Program-made: the position numbers and the translations under genes
Virus record (IMG/VR): IMGVR_UViG_3300020036_008739
Span: 1-64,000 of that record
Source: a virus
Lineage: Duplodnaviria > Caudoviricetes
Length of the DNA: 64,000 nucleotides
Strand: one strand, 5' to 3'
Notes under the pieces: model-generated
Seen by the model: the letters and a program-made list of their open reading frames with translations, nothing else
What the model was told of the DNA's origin: nothing
Databases searched by the model: none
Shown here: one piece after another, positions 17,799-27,085 of the stretch
Numbering within the stretch: position 1 is the first letter of the stretch
Layout of the letters: every line of letters begins with the position of its first letter

Positions 17799-20700
17799 GC
17801 ACAGGAACGGGTGATCTTGGTTCAGAAACTCTAAAGTTTAGCATTGAAGGCAATGCGGCTGAAGTATTCGACCACTATAACCGGACTTTGCCCACCCTAA
17901 GCAATAATCTGCAAACCCTCATCCGGCAGTTTGCTCAGTTGGATGAGGTTTTTTCAAAACAAGTAAAAGGTTTAGATAAGCAAAGCATTGATGATTTAGC
18001 TCAACAAATGAAGCTAATCCAGAAACGCTTAGATGTCTTGGATAATGGCACTAAGTTGCGAGGCCAAATGGCTGGAGCATTTACTCGCGCCAATGAAACC
18101 TCTGGTCGGGCTTATGAAGAATCAGCGGTCGCTCGTGAGCGCAAAAAAGTCCTTAAAGCTGAATCAGACAAACTGTATAACGATGTATTCTCTGGCGTAA
18201 GCGACACTCAAAAAACACGCCTATCTGATCTGAGCAAAGAAGAGCTTGCCATTCGCAAACAAGCCCACCGTAACGCTATGGTCTTTGCTCAGCAAGCTCA
18301 TAATGAAGAGCTTAATCAAAAGCACAAACGAAGTTTAGAGCTTTTAGAAGTTGAAGAAAAGGCACGAGCAAAAGCTTTATCGGATCAAAAGAAAGCTGAG
18401 AAAGCTTTAACCCGTCAAGAAGCTCAAGAAGCTGCTGAGGCTCGTGCAAAAGCTAATCGTCTCGCACGCCAGCAGGAATATCTAGCTACACCTGCTGGCC
18501 ACATGCAAGCGATCCGAGAACGCGAACGCGCTCGTTTCTTAGGAGAGCAAGGTGCTGACTCTGTTGTCCGTTTGAATGAACGGGAACGGTTGGTTCGGAT
18601 GAAGGCAAAAGCTGGAAACTTTAAGTCTGTCCAAGACATGATCTTAAATGAGAGCTATGGAGAAACATACTCCGAATCGGACTTGAAAACTGCTGATAAA
18701 GGCACTCTTAAACTGCGTGAACGCGAAATTAAACGCCAGATGGAAGCAGCAGGCTTGGTCGAAAGCCAAGGATTACTACATGGTAATCGAGATCAAATCA
18801 GGAAAGGTGAAAGTGCAATTCGCGCTCTTCAAATGGAATTGGAAACCATCAAGGCTATTCAAACCGAACGTAAACGGTCTATCCACACTATTCGTGAAAA
18901 CTTTGAATGGGGTGTAAAACAACACACTGCTGGCCAATCTCTTCTCGGTGATGAAAAACGCCTCTTAGAGATTAAAAAGCAATTGGCAGACGCTAACCGC
19001 CTGTACAATGAAGCCCAAGCCAATGGAGATGAAGAGCAACAGCAAGAATTAACTAAAATCATCGCTTTGCTTAAAAGACAACGCGGTGAGATTAACCAAA
19101 TTAATGCTGACCGTCAGAAGTATAAAAACAATGACCGAGCTAGTCGTAATTTTGACTTTGATGTACAAGCAGTTGACCTAACCCAAAAACAATCTGAGTT
19201 GCTTAAAGAGCAACATAAAATACGCCAACGCTTGGCTCAAGCTAATAAGCAGCTTAGCAATGCGGAAATGATTCAAGATGAAGCTAAAGCAAAGAAGATT
19301 CATGAAACTATTGCTGCTTTAAAAGAGCAACAACGATTGGTACAAGAAACCTTAAGCAGTAATAACGCATATAATAAAGCCAAGAAGCAATATGAGGATT
19401 CTAAAGCTGACTTTGATAGAACCGTCTCTACTTCAGATATTAAAGCTATGAAAGAGAATGAGCTTCTTCGTGAGAAGGTAGCTATGAATGAACGTTTGCA
19501 AGCGATTAAACGTCAGCTTAAGCAAGCTACTAAATTTGACAGTGAAGAAGAGCAGCAAGAATTACGGGAGTTGATTGACTTAACTCAAGAGCGTATTCGA
19601 GCAATTCGAGAACAAGAACAAGCTCAAAGAACCAGTGATCATTGGGCAAACCGAACCAGTCAGATTATATCTGCCGAAGGGTCAGGCTCGCTATTGTTGA
19701 TTCAGTCCCAATTGGCCACAAACTATGCCATTTTGAACGGGATCACCCAATTAGCCCAAAGTGGTTATCAATATTTGAAAGATTTTGAAATCGCCCTACT
19801 GCAAACCCAAGCGATTTCCCAAGCAACTACAACCCAAATGGTAGATTTGAAAAACTCTATCTTTGATGTATCGGAATCAACTAAATTTACCTCCATTGAA
19901 TTGGCTCAAGCTACCACTGTACTGGCACAGGCAGGTTTTAGCTTGAAGGAAATCCAAAGCTCTTTGGGTTCTGTAGCGTTATTAGCCACAGCCACTGGTT
20001 CCAGCCTAGAAAATGCAGTTGATATTGCTACCTCGGTACTTGGCGCATTCCAAATGAGTGCTGGTAAATTACCCACAGTAGTTAACCAGATTACTCAAGC
20101 GATGAACCTGTCTAAGTTGGATGTTGAGAAATTCCAGCTTGCAATCCAATATGCTGGTAACGCCGCTGCCGACGCTGGTTTAACCTTTAAAGAAACTCTA
20201 GCTGTTGTGGCAACAGTCGCTAACACTGGTGTACGCTCTGGCTCCACACTTGGTACTGGTTTCCGCCAACTGATTAATGATTTAAAAGACCCAAGCGAAG
20301 ATTTTTTGGACACCTTAACCAAGCTGGGTTTGGGCTTAGACTCTATTAATATCCGCGTACATGGGCTATCCGGTGTTGTTGAGAATCTGAAGAACGCTGG
20401 CTTTACGACCTCAGATGCTTTCAAGTCTTTTGAAGTTCGGGCGGTAACCTTCTTCACGTCCCTCTCAAACAACCTAAATTTGTATGAGTCCCTTGATAAG
20501 CAAATGAACAGCACCACAGCGGCTGCTGAGGCTAATGCTATTCAGATGAAGTCTTTGGACGCTCAACTTAAACGAACCAGCAACCAGTTTATGGTTTTGA
20601 TTTATGAGGGTTTAGAGCCAACAATTGACAGCTTTACTCAGTTATTAAAGCTGACCGGATCACTACTAGCGGTTATGCGTACAGGCAGCCCTGATTGGGT

Positions 20701-23700
20701 AAAAGCTGGGGTGCAGTACAGCGTTATGGCTGCCGGAGCCACGCTTTTTGCTGGGGGGTTGCTGTTAGTCATCAGCCGACTCCGCGCCGCTGGAGCAGCC
20801 CTGATGACCTTCTGGCGCACATCACTAGGGGCTTCGGCAGCTACTATGACAAACCTTCAAGTGCTACGCGCCGCCGCTGGTGGGTGGGCATTTTTGGCCG
20901 CCGCTATCTTTGGCGGTATGATTGCTTTGGAGCAGTCTGGCAATAGAATGGATGCTCTCAACACCAAGCTTGAACAGACTAAAACAGCCTTCAGCGAAAT
21001 GCGAGACACGTTAGCTGAGACTGAGACTCAGTTAAAAGAAGTGGATAATAAAATCTACAATCTAAATGCTCGTTTTGAGAAGCTTAAAGAAAACCCTGAA
21101 TTGGTTGGCCGTGAGTTAGAAGATGCTCGTGAGATGTTCAACAAGTTTGGGGTTAGTGTTGAGCAAGGAGCCACTAATAAAGTAGAGGCTCTGATTAAGG
21201 CGTATCAAGATTTGCGAGTCGAGATCGCTAAAGAGTTGGTCGCTAACGTCAGTGGTTTAATGAGCGCCCTTAACTCTCTGGTTATTGCTAGAGAGGCAAT
21301 GTTCAAAGAAAAAACTGGAGGTATGCAGAAAGAGGGGAGTTATAAGGCCAGTTTGCTAGACCCCCAAGGCGGTTTATTCTCTGTCAAAGGCTATGGCTTT
21401 TATGGTGGAGCAAACAACCTAGAAGAGTTAGTTGGTGCAAGAGAGAAATCATTACCGATTCTCTATGATAACATGGTAAATGCAGCTAAACGCCGTGGAT
21501 TTGATTCTGCTCAGTTTGACAACTTAGCAGATGTTATCACTAATCTGGATAAGTTTAACACACGATTAAGCTCCCCAGATTTTGGTTTGGGAGATAACCT
21601 GAAATCTGATTCAGATACTTACAATAAACTAGCCCCAGCAATGAATCGACTCATTAAAGATATGCTTAAATATCTGGATGCTCAAGTTGAGAGTAAGAAA
21701 GTCGATGCTAAAGGAATGAGAGAAATTGCTTCTGAGAAGAAGCTGTATACTGATCTTTTATCAGGTATTGAAATGGGCGGTGAGCGATTAGCTGATCTCC
21801 GCCGTAATGAGGTAAGCTATGATGCTTTAACTCGTCAGGAAGCTAAAGCAACAGCTTTGCTAAGACGCGCTGAGGGTAAACCAAGCTTTTTGATGAGTGA
21901 AAAAGCTCAAAGAATAGAAGAGAAGGTTGGAGTATGGAAGATCGCTCAAAAGTATGGAGTGCCTTACGATCTCGTAATGGCTGTAATGGATCAAGAGTCT
22001 AAGTTTAAAATTAAAGTGAGATCACCTGCTGGTGCTGAGGGTCTGATGCAGTTAATGCCAGCCACCCAAAAACGTTTTGGTGTTACCAACCCGTACAACC
22101 CTGATCAAAACGTAGAAGCTGGTGTGAAGTATTTGGCTTTCCTTTTGAAGAGATTTAAAGGGGATGAGAACCTAGCCTTAGCAGGGTATAATGCTGGTGA
22201 AAGTAACGTTGACAAATACAAGGGTATTCCCCCTTTCAAAGAAACTCAAAACTATGTACGGGAAGTTCAACGGAAACGTAAGAGTTATTTAGGTGCTCCA
22301 GACCCTGTATTCAAATCTTCATCAGGTATAGACACTGATGAGTTTTACTTTGAGCCTATGCAAACTAGCGATAAAGTCGAAAAGCTTCGCAAAAAACGAG
22401 CTAAGCAAGATGTTGAAAGAGACCGCTTAGTCGCGGCTTTAAAAACTTTGAAAAAAGGTAGTGAGAAAGAGATTAAAATCAGTGGCGAGCTTCAAGTCAT
22501 TGAAGATGAGATTGTCACCACTCAAGAAGCTCTTCGGGACAGTGCTGAATCCTTTAACGTTGCTGAAACCAAGCTTTTAGAGAAAAGAAAAAAACAAGCT
22601 AAGTTGGATGTGCAATACTTGGATCGTGAGATTCAGGATTACCAACGCCTTTTGGTTGAGTACACCAAAGCTGGTGAGCTTCAAAAAGCCGAGGATATGC
22701 GACAAAAGTATTTGAAAGCAAGAAAGGCTAAATACGAAGCTGAGGTTAAGCAAGTAAAAGTGGATAACACTGTTATCAGCGCCCAAGACAGTGCTTACCT
22801 CATGAATAAGAAGGATGTTGATTTTGCAGTGTCTGGTTTGAAAAGAGACCTAGAACGAGACATCCTTGGTATTGCTGAAGGTCGAACACTTGCTGAAAAG
22901 GATCGAATCACAGCCGCAGCAGACGCTGAGTTTAAAGCTCTGATCAAGGATTATAAAGATGGTTTGAAAAGAGAGCGTCAAGAGTTTGCTCGTCTTTACG
23001 GGGAGGAGAAATCCTACTTAGCTGCCCTGAATAAAGACAGTGCTACTCTTCTTAAGCTGCAAGCTGAGAAGAAAAAGCTTGAGAAAGAAAAAGCCTTTAT
23101 TACTGAGGAAGCTAAGAAAGGTAAATACTCAAGCTTTGATGTTAAGGCTAAGGAAGAGCAGATACAGAAAGTTGAAGACTCTATCCGAGCCGAAGAGTAC
23201 GCTTTGGCTTTAAAGCGTAAAAAACTTACAGACCTTAAAACCAAAGATGTTGAAGCTCAACTTGAGAAGCTAAAAATTCAAGTAGCTAAGCGTCTAGCTG
23301 AAGTTGATAAAATGGAAGCTTTAGTGGAGTCTGGAGATGCGTCCACAGAGATGCTAACCATCCAACGGGATGAGTTAAACAATCTCCAAAACCGAGTTAA
23401 CCAATTGGAGGGTCTGTTAGAGAAGTTGCGCGAATCGGGCAATAAGTCAGCAGCCACCATTGATGCGAATGACCCAAGTAAGGGTGACGTTAAGCCGATG
23501 ACAACCCGTCAGATTGCCGCAGCTTGGTCAAAAGAAACCTTGGATAATCTTAACAGCTACGAGACAAAGTTGCGGAGGATTACAGATATAGCGGATCAAA
23601 CTAGCAAGTCTATGGCTCAGATGTTTACTGAGATTATGGATGGCTCTAAAGATGCTGCTGACGCTGTAGAGGATTTTGGAAAACGCTTCTTAGGTATGAT

Positions 23701-24184
23701 TGTAGAGATGGCTATGCAGGAGGCAGCACTCCGCATGGTTTCTGGTTTAGTAGGTTTGTTCGGGGGATCAGCGAGTAAAACTCCAGCCACCACAGGAGCA
23801 CTTAACATCCAAACACCGGATTTAGGATTGGCAGTCCCTAAAGGTTTCGCCCGTGGTGGTGAAGTCATTGGTTCTAAGTTGGGTTATGATAGTGTTCCAG
23901 CCATTCTGAAACCTAAAGAGTATGTATTACCAACAGAAACAACCAACCTGTTGGGTAAAGACTTCCTTGATGGTTTAAGAATGAGTCCTAAAGCAACCTT
24001 AGACAACCTTAAAGGTAAAGGCTCAGGTGACATCTTAGAAAGCGTGGTTAACGTTTACATGGTCACACCTGAAAATAAACCACAAAGCTTGTCCAAAAAT
24101 GATATTATTATGACCATCACTGATGATTTGCAACGGAACGGTCAGGTTATGCAAACCATTAAAAATCGGATTGGGGGTCGCTAA
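17795..24184 (+). CDS. Tape measure protein with lytic transglycosylase (SLT) domain
   Basis: 2129 aa helical; TP901-type TMP core (GLTFKETLAVVATVANTG); SLT motifs MDQES, GLMQLMP, ALAGYNAG; C-terminal FARGG. Confidence 0.95.
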   Translation: MSTGTGDLGSETLKFSIEGNAAEVFDHYNRTLPTLSNNLQTLIRQFAQLDEVFSKQVKGLDKQSIDDLAQQMKLIQKRLDVLDNGTKLRGQMAGAFTRANETSGRAYEESAVARERKKVLKAESDKLYNDVFSGVSDTQKTRLSDLSKEELAIRKQAHRNAMVFAQQAHNEELNQKHKRSLELLEVEEKARAKALSDQKKAEKALTRQEAQEAAEARAKANRLARQQEYLATPAGHMQAIRERERARFLGEQGADSVVRLNERERLVRMKAKAGNFKSVQDMILNESYGETYSESDLKTADKGTLKLREREIKRQMEAAGLVESQGLLHGNRDQIRKGESAIRALQMELETIKAIQTERKRSIHTIRENFEWGVKQHTAGQSLLGDEKRLLEIKKQLADANRLYNEAQANGDEEQQQELTKIIALLKRQRGEINQINADRQKYKNNDRASRNFDFDVQAVDLTQKQSELLKEQHKIRQRLAQANKQLSNAEMIQDEAKAKKIHETIAALKEQQRLVQETLSSNNAYNKAKKQYEDSKADFDRTVSTSDIKAMKENELLREKVAMNERLQAIKRQLKQATKFDSEEEQQELRELIDLTQERIRAIREQEQAQRTSDHWANRTSQIISAEGSGSLLLIQSQLATNYAILNGITQLAQSGYQYLKDFEIALLQTQAISQATTTQMVDLKNSIFDVSESTKFTSIELAQATTVLAQAGFSLKEIQSSLGSVALLATATGSSLENAVDIATSVLGAFQMSAGKLPTVVNQITQAMNLSKLDVEKFQLAIQYAGNAAADAGLTFKETLAVVATVANTGVRSGSTLGTGFRQLINDLKDPSEDFLDTLTKLGLGLDSINIRVHGLSGVVENLKNAGFTTSDAFKSFEVRAVTFFTSLSNNLNLYESLDKQMNSTTAAAEANAIQMKSLDAQLKRTSNQFMVLIYEGLEPTIDSFTQLLKLTGSLLAVMRTGSPDWVKAGVQYSVMAAGATLFAGGLLLVISRLRAAGAALMTFWRTSLGASAATMTNLQVLRAAAGGWAFLAAAIFGGMIALEQSGNRMDALNTKLEQTKTAFSEMRDTLAETETQLKEVDNKIYNLNARFEKLKENPELVGRELEDAREMFNKFGVSVEQGATNKVEALIKAYQDLRVEIAKELVANVSGLMSALNSLVIAREAMFKEKTGGMQKEGSYKASLLDPQGGLFSVKGYGFYGGANNLEELVGAREKSLPILYDNMVNAAKRRGFDSAQFDNLADVITNLDKFNTRLSSPDFGLGDNLKSDSDTYNKLAPAMNRLIKDMLKYLDAQVESKKVDAKGMREIASEKKLYTDLLSGIEMGGERLADLRRNEVSYDALTRQEAKATALLRRAEGKPSFLMSEKAQRIEEKVGVWKIAQKYGVPYDLVMAVMDQESKFKIKVRSPAGAEGLMQLMPATQKRFGVTNPYNPDQNVEAGVKYLAFLLKRFKGDENLALAGYNAGESNVDKYKGIPPFKETQNYVREVQRKRKSYLGAPDPVFKSSSGIDTDEFYFEPMQTSDKVEKLRKKRAKQDVERDRLVAALKTLKKGSEKEIKISGELQVIEDEIVTTQEALRDSAESFNVAETKLLEKRKKQAKLDVQYLDREIQDYQRLLVEYTKAGELQKAEDMRQKYLKARKAKYEAEVKQVKVDNTVISAQDSAYLMNKKDVDFAVSGLKRDLERDILGIAEGRTLAEKDRITAAADAEFKALIKDYKDGLKRERQEFARLYGEEKSYLAALNKDSATLLKLQAEKKKLEKEKAFITEEAKKGKYSSFDVKAKEEQIQKVEDSIRAEEYALALKRKKLTDLKTKDVEAQLEKLKIQVAKRLAEVDKMEALVESGDASTEMLTIQRDELNNLQNRVNQLEGLLEKLRESGNKSAATIDANDPSKGDVKPMTTRQIAAAWSKETLDNLNSYETKLRRITDIADQTSKSMAQMFTEIMDGSKDAADAVEDFGKRFLGMIVEMAMQEAALRMVSGLVGLFGGSASKTPATTGALNIQTPDLGLAVPKGFARGGEVIGSKLGYDSVPAILKPKEYVLPTETTNLLGKDFLDGLRMSPKATLDNLKGKGSGDILESVVNVYMVTPENKPQSLSKNDIIMTITDDLQRNGQVMQTIKNRIGGR

Positions 24185-24185
24185 G

Positions 24186-24485
24186 ATGTCTTCTTGCCTC
24201 ATCAGTTTAAAGCAAGGGGTTATCCAAGATTGGGAAATAACCTTCGATGTGGATATTTCCAACTGGTTTTTTAGAAGCAAGATCAGTCCTGAAAACAGAG
24301 ATGGTCAAGATAAGGAGCTTTCGGTTGAGATGTTAACCAATAACAGCATCAAAGTAACCATAGATTTAAGCGATGCTGAGGAAGGCAGAGTTTATCTTTG
24401 GGACTTCGCATACTCTATGGATAACAGCTACTTTGAACCCATCCAAGAGACGATCAGGATTCTTATAGACCGGAGGATTAGCTGA
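24186..24485 (+). CDS. Small beta-rich tail/baseplate-associated protein (BppU N-terminal-like)
   Basis: IKQG..W pattern and YLWDF motif; sits between the TMP and fibre genes. Confidence 0.45.
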   Translation: MSSCLISLKQGVIQDWEITFDVDISNWFFRSKISPENRDGQDKELSVEMLTNNSIKVTIDLSDAEEGRVYLWDFAYSMDNSYFEPIQETIRILIDRRIS

Positions 24486-25750
24486 TGGCTTTATTGAGTA
24501 TTAAAAGACAGGTTCTGTCTGCAACGGTAAAACCACCAGAAAAGCCGAGTTTCCGAATCAGTGTTACAGCCCCAAACGGAAATTCAGGGCAAAGTATTAC
24601 ACTTCCCATAGCTATTACAGACGTGTTTGGCCTACCTACAGAGTTAAGCAACAGACCCTTAACCAGCTATGTGGATCAAATAGTTCAGGCAGCTAATTCG
24701 GTTCGAGAGTTAGCCGATGTAGCTTTACAAGCTGGTTTAGATGCCGAAATAGCTAACCGTATAGACGCAATCCTAAACATTTTATTTCTGCTGGAAAGTA
24801 AGGCCGATTTGGTCGGTGGGTTTATCCCCACGAGCCAGATTCCGGCTGTCGCTATTACAGAATACCTAGGTATTGCAGTCGATCAAGCGGAAATGCTTGC
24901 ACTGGTCGGTCAAATTGGTGATTGGTGTCACCGAACCGACCTAGAAAAAGCTTTTATTATCCTTGGCGAGGATACGACCGATCTGGGCGCATGGAAAGAG
25001 TGGCCTATGCCAGTGTCGCCTGTGACTAGCATCAATGGGCAGGTTGGCGTTGTGGTATTGGGAAAGAGTGATATTGGCTTGGGTAATGTCCCTGATATTG
25101 ATGCTACTAAACGGGAGAATCATACGGGTACACAATTAGCAAGCAGTATCACTGGGTTAGCTACAGTGGCAACCAGTGGCAGTTACGATGACCTGTCGAA
25201 TAAGCCAACAATCGAATCCGATAAAGTGCTTGTGCATAAGACGTTGACACGCTGGAAAAATCGTAGCAACAACAGCAACCACCTCCCGTTTAGTTTAGAG
25301 CTACGCGGCGTGTTCGACACAAACTTTGTCATTCCAGCCAATACGTTGATCGCAGGCGACGTATACCGATTTGAGATGACAGTGTTTATTAACCTCGCTA
25401 CAACTCAGGCCAATACCTACGAAATTGCACCGATTGTCAATAACATGTTGTTACCGTTTAACCCAACGGCTTTGGGTATTACAACTGGGACGCTTAATAG
25501 TAGTCAGACGTTTACGGTCGTCTTTGACATCATTTTCCCGACCGTAGGTGGTGCTGGGCGTATCACGCAGAATGGTTTTGTCGTGATGCGTAATGCGGTC
25601 GTTACCTTTGACGGTAACTTCACAGCAATAGACACAACACAAGCCATTAGTCTCAACTACTCGGCGCGATTTAGTGCCCCGACGGTCGGCGCAGGCAACG
25701 CTGCATACATCAAATCAGCAAGGTTATACAAACTGAATGATCCAGTCTGA
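24485..25750 (+). CDS. Tail fibre / receptor-binding protein
   Basis: Fibre motifs KADLVGGFIPTSQIP, PVTSINGQVG, KSDIGLGNV, RENHTGTQ, ATVATSGSYDDLSNKP; beta-sandwich-like C-terminus. Confidence 0.75.
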   Translation: MALLSIKRQVLSATVKPPEKPSFRISVTAPNGNSGQSITLPIAITDVFGLPTELSNRPLTSYVDQIVQAANSVRELADVALQAGLDAEIANRIDAILNILFLLESKADLVGGFIPTSQIPAVAITEYLGIAVDQAEMLALVGQIGDWCHRTDLEKAFIILGEDTTDLGAWKEWPMPVSPVTSINGQVGVVVLGKSDIGLGNVPDIDATKRENHTGTQLASSITGLATVATSGSYDDLSNKPTIESDKVLVHKTLTRWKNRSNNSNHLPFSLELRGVFDTNFVIPANTLIAGDVYRFEMTVFINLATTQANTYEIAPIVNNMLLPFNPTALGITTGTLNSSQTFTVVFDIIFPTVGGAGRITQNGFVVMRNAVVTFDGNFTAIDTTQAISLNYSARFSAPTVGAGNAAYIKSARLYKLNDPV

Positions 25751-25761
25751 GGAGTTACATC

Positions 25762-26283
25762 ATGAGTAAAGTGAAAACCAGCAAAGGTTTGATTAAGACA
25801 AGAAATCCAAATACTGTTTTGTTGACAACAGGTCAACTAAAGCAAAAATTTGGAGAGCCTGACTTGTTAGGCTCTTATCTTGTAACCATCAATCTACCTT
25901 ACCCCATGCAATTAGCTTGGGATGCCAAAAGCTATGTCACTAAGATGCGATGTCACAAAGACGTAGCGACTCGTTTCCAATCAGTTTTCACGGATATTTT
26001 GAGCCATTATGGTTTAGAAGAGATCAAACGCTTGAAAATAGATCAATTTGGTGGGTGTTTTTCTTTCCGACAAATGCGAGGCGGTAGCGATTGGTCTCGT
26101 CATTCTTGGGGTATCGCTATCGACTTAGACCCCAACCGAAATTTACTTCGAGAGAATGCGAATACTGCTCGGTTTGCCAATGCGGAGTATTTACCCATGA
26201 TTGAGATTTTTTACAAGCATGGGTTTGCCTCCTTGGGGGTTGAAAAAAATTACGACTGGATGCACTTTGAAGCGATCCGCTAA
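25762..26283 (+). CDS. Endolysin, peptidase M15 family (L-Ala-D-Glu peptidase-like)
   Basis: FRQMRGG...SRHSWGIAIDLDP and YDWMHFE Zn-peptidase motifs. Confidence 0.85.
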   Translation: MSKVKTSKGLIKTRNPNTVLLTTGQLKQKFGEPDLLGSYLVTINLPYPMQLAWDAKSYVTKMRCHKDVATRFQSVFTDILSHYGLEEIKRLKIDQFGGCFSFRQMRGGSDWSRHSWGIAIDLDPNRNLLRENANTARFANAEYLPMIEIFYKHGFASLGVEKNYDWMHFEAIR

Positions 26284-26289
26284 AGTGCC

Positions 26290-26318
26290 TTGCCACCCCA
26301 GAACCCCTGCGCTAAAAT
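26290..26318 (+). promoter_or_regulatory. Sigma70-like promoter TTGCCA-N17-TAAAAT; -10 lies in the loop of a hairpin
   Basis: Exact spacing; flanked by AACCCCTGCG / CGCAGGGGTT. Confidence 0.6.
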
Positions 26319-26343
26319 GGTCAAAACGCAGGGGTTTTATATT
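26302..26343 (+). terminator. Terminator-like hairpin after the endolysin gene
   Basis: 10-bp inverted repeat with a 15-nt loop followed by UUAUAUU. Confidence 0.5.
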
Positions 26344-26808
26344 ATGTATCAGTTAAGCAAAATGACCGCTTTTAGTCGGCTATTGCTGGTGGGGGTTTAT
26401 TTAACCGCACTCATCCCAATTACTGCGCTTGCAAGCTCTCCACAATCCCCTCTATCAAAACTCGTGGACTTATACCCACTAGAGCTATGGCTCATTGTAT
26501 GGCTCATTATCTGGGTTGGCTGTATCCTGTTAGGAACTATTACGGCTGCTCAAATCGAAAGCCCAGTGGATAAAAAGATTCTTGCAAGTGGCGCACCATT
26601 GATCCGAGCAAAAGTAGTAATGTCCCTCTTTCTTTCGGTTTTGGGGGGGTTGCTGTTAGCTACAGAAAAGAAGTGGAAAATCCCAAGCCTTGAGCTTTGT
26701 ATCTGGTCGGGCGTGCTTGCAGGTATTGCCCCCACTTTCGTTCTAACCTGCCTCGAAATGCTTCCCCAAAAGCTACGGGAAAAATTCGGGGTAAAAGAGG
26801 ATGTTTAA
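26344..26808 (+). CDS. Holin-like multi-pass membrane protein
   Basis: 3-4 hydrophobic segments, basic C-terminus (KLREKFGVKEDV), adjacent to the endolysin gene. Confidence 0.6.
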   Translation: MYQLSKMTAFSRLLLVGVYLTALIPITALASSPQSPLSKLVDLYPLELWLIVWLIIWVGCILLGTITAAQIESPVDKKILASGAPLIRAKVVMSLFLSVLGGLLLATEKKWKIPSLELCIWSGVLAGIAPTFVLTCLEMLPQKLREKFGVKEDV

Positions 26809-26809
26809 C

Positions 26810-27085
26810 ATGCAACCTGAAGCATTACTGTGGTTACTGAGTACGGTTCTCTGTATTTGTTTACTGAGAACTAAGTGGTTGAATACCTCTAAACGAGGTA
26901 TTAACCTAAGTTTAACCATGCTGTCACTATCAAACGCCTGTATGTTCACAGCCAGTTTGCAACACACCAACCAAACAAATTGGTCATTTATGGCGGCTTT
27001 ATTTTCTTTGATTAGCTTAACTAGTTGGGCTATACCTAAGATAAAAGCTAATATTCACGCTTGCTTAGCTAAAAAGGTAACGTAA
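26810..27085 (+). CDS. Second small membrane protein (holin/antiholin-like)
   Basis: About 3 hydrophobic segments, basic C-terminus, AGAGG RBS. Confidence 0.55.
   Translation: MQPEALLWLLSTVLCICLLRTKWLNTSKRGINLSLTMLSLSNACMFTASLQHTNQTNWSFMAALFSLISLTSWAIPKIKANIHACLAKKVT

Noticed and set aside
25745-25752. GTCTGAGG matching the hairpin core
   Set aside because: Just the fibre gene stop codon plus the endolysin RBS; no flanking stem.
26290-26343. TTG start for the holin ORF as given in the track
   Set aside because: The TTG is the -35 box and the extension covers a promoter/hairpin; ATG 26344 or 26362 is more plausible.
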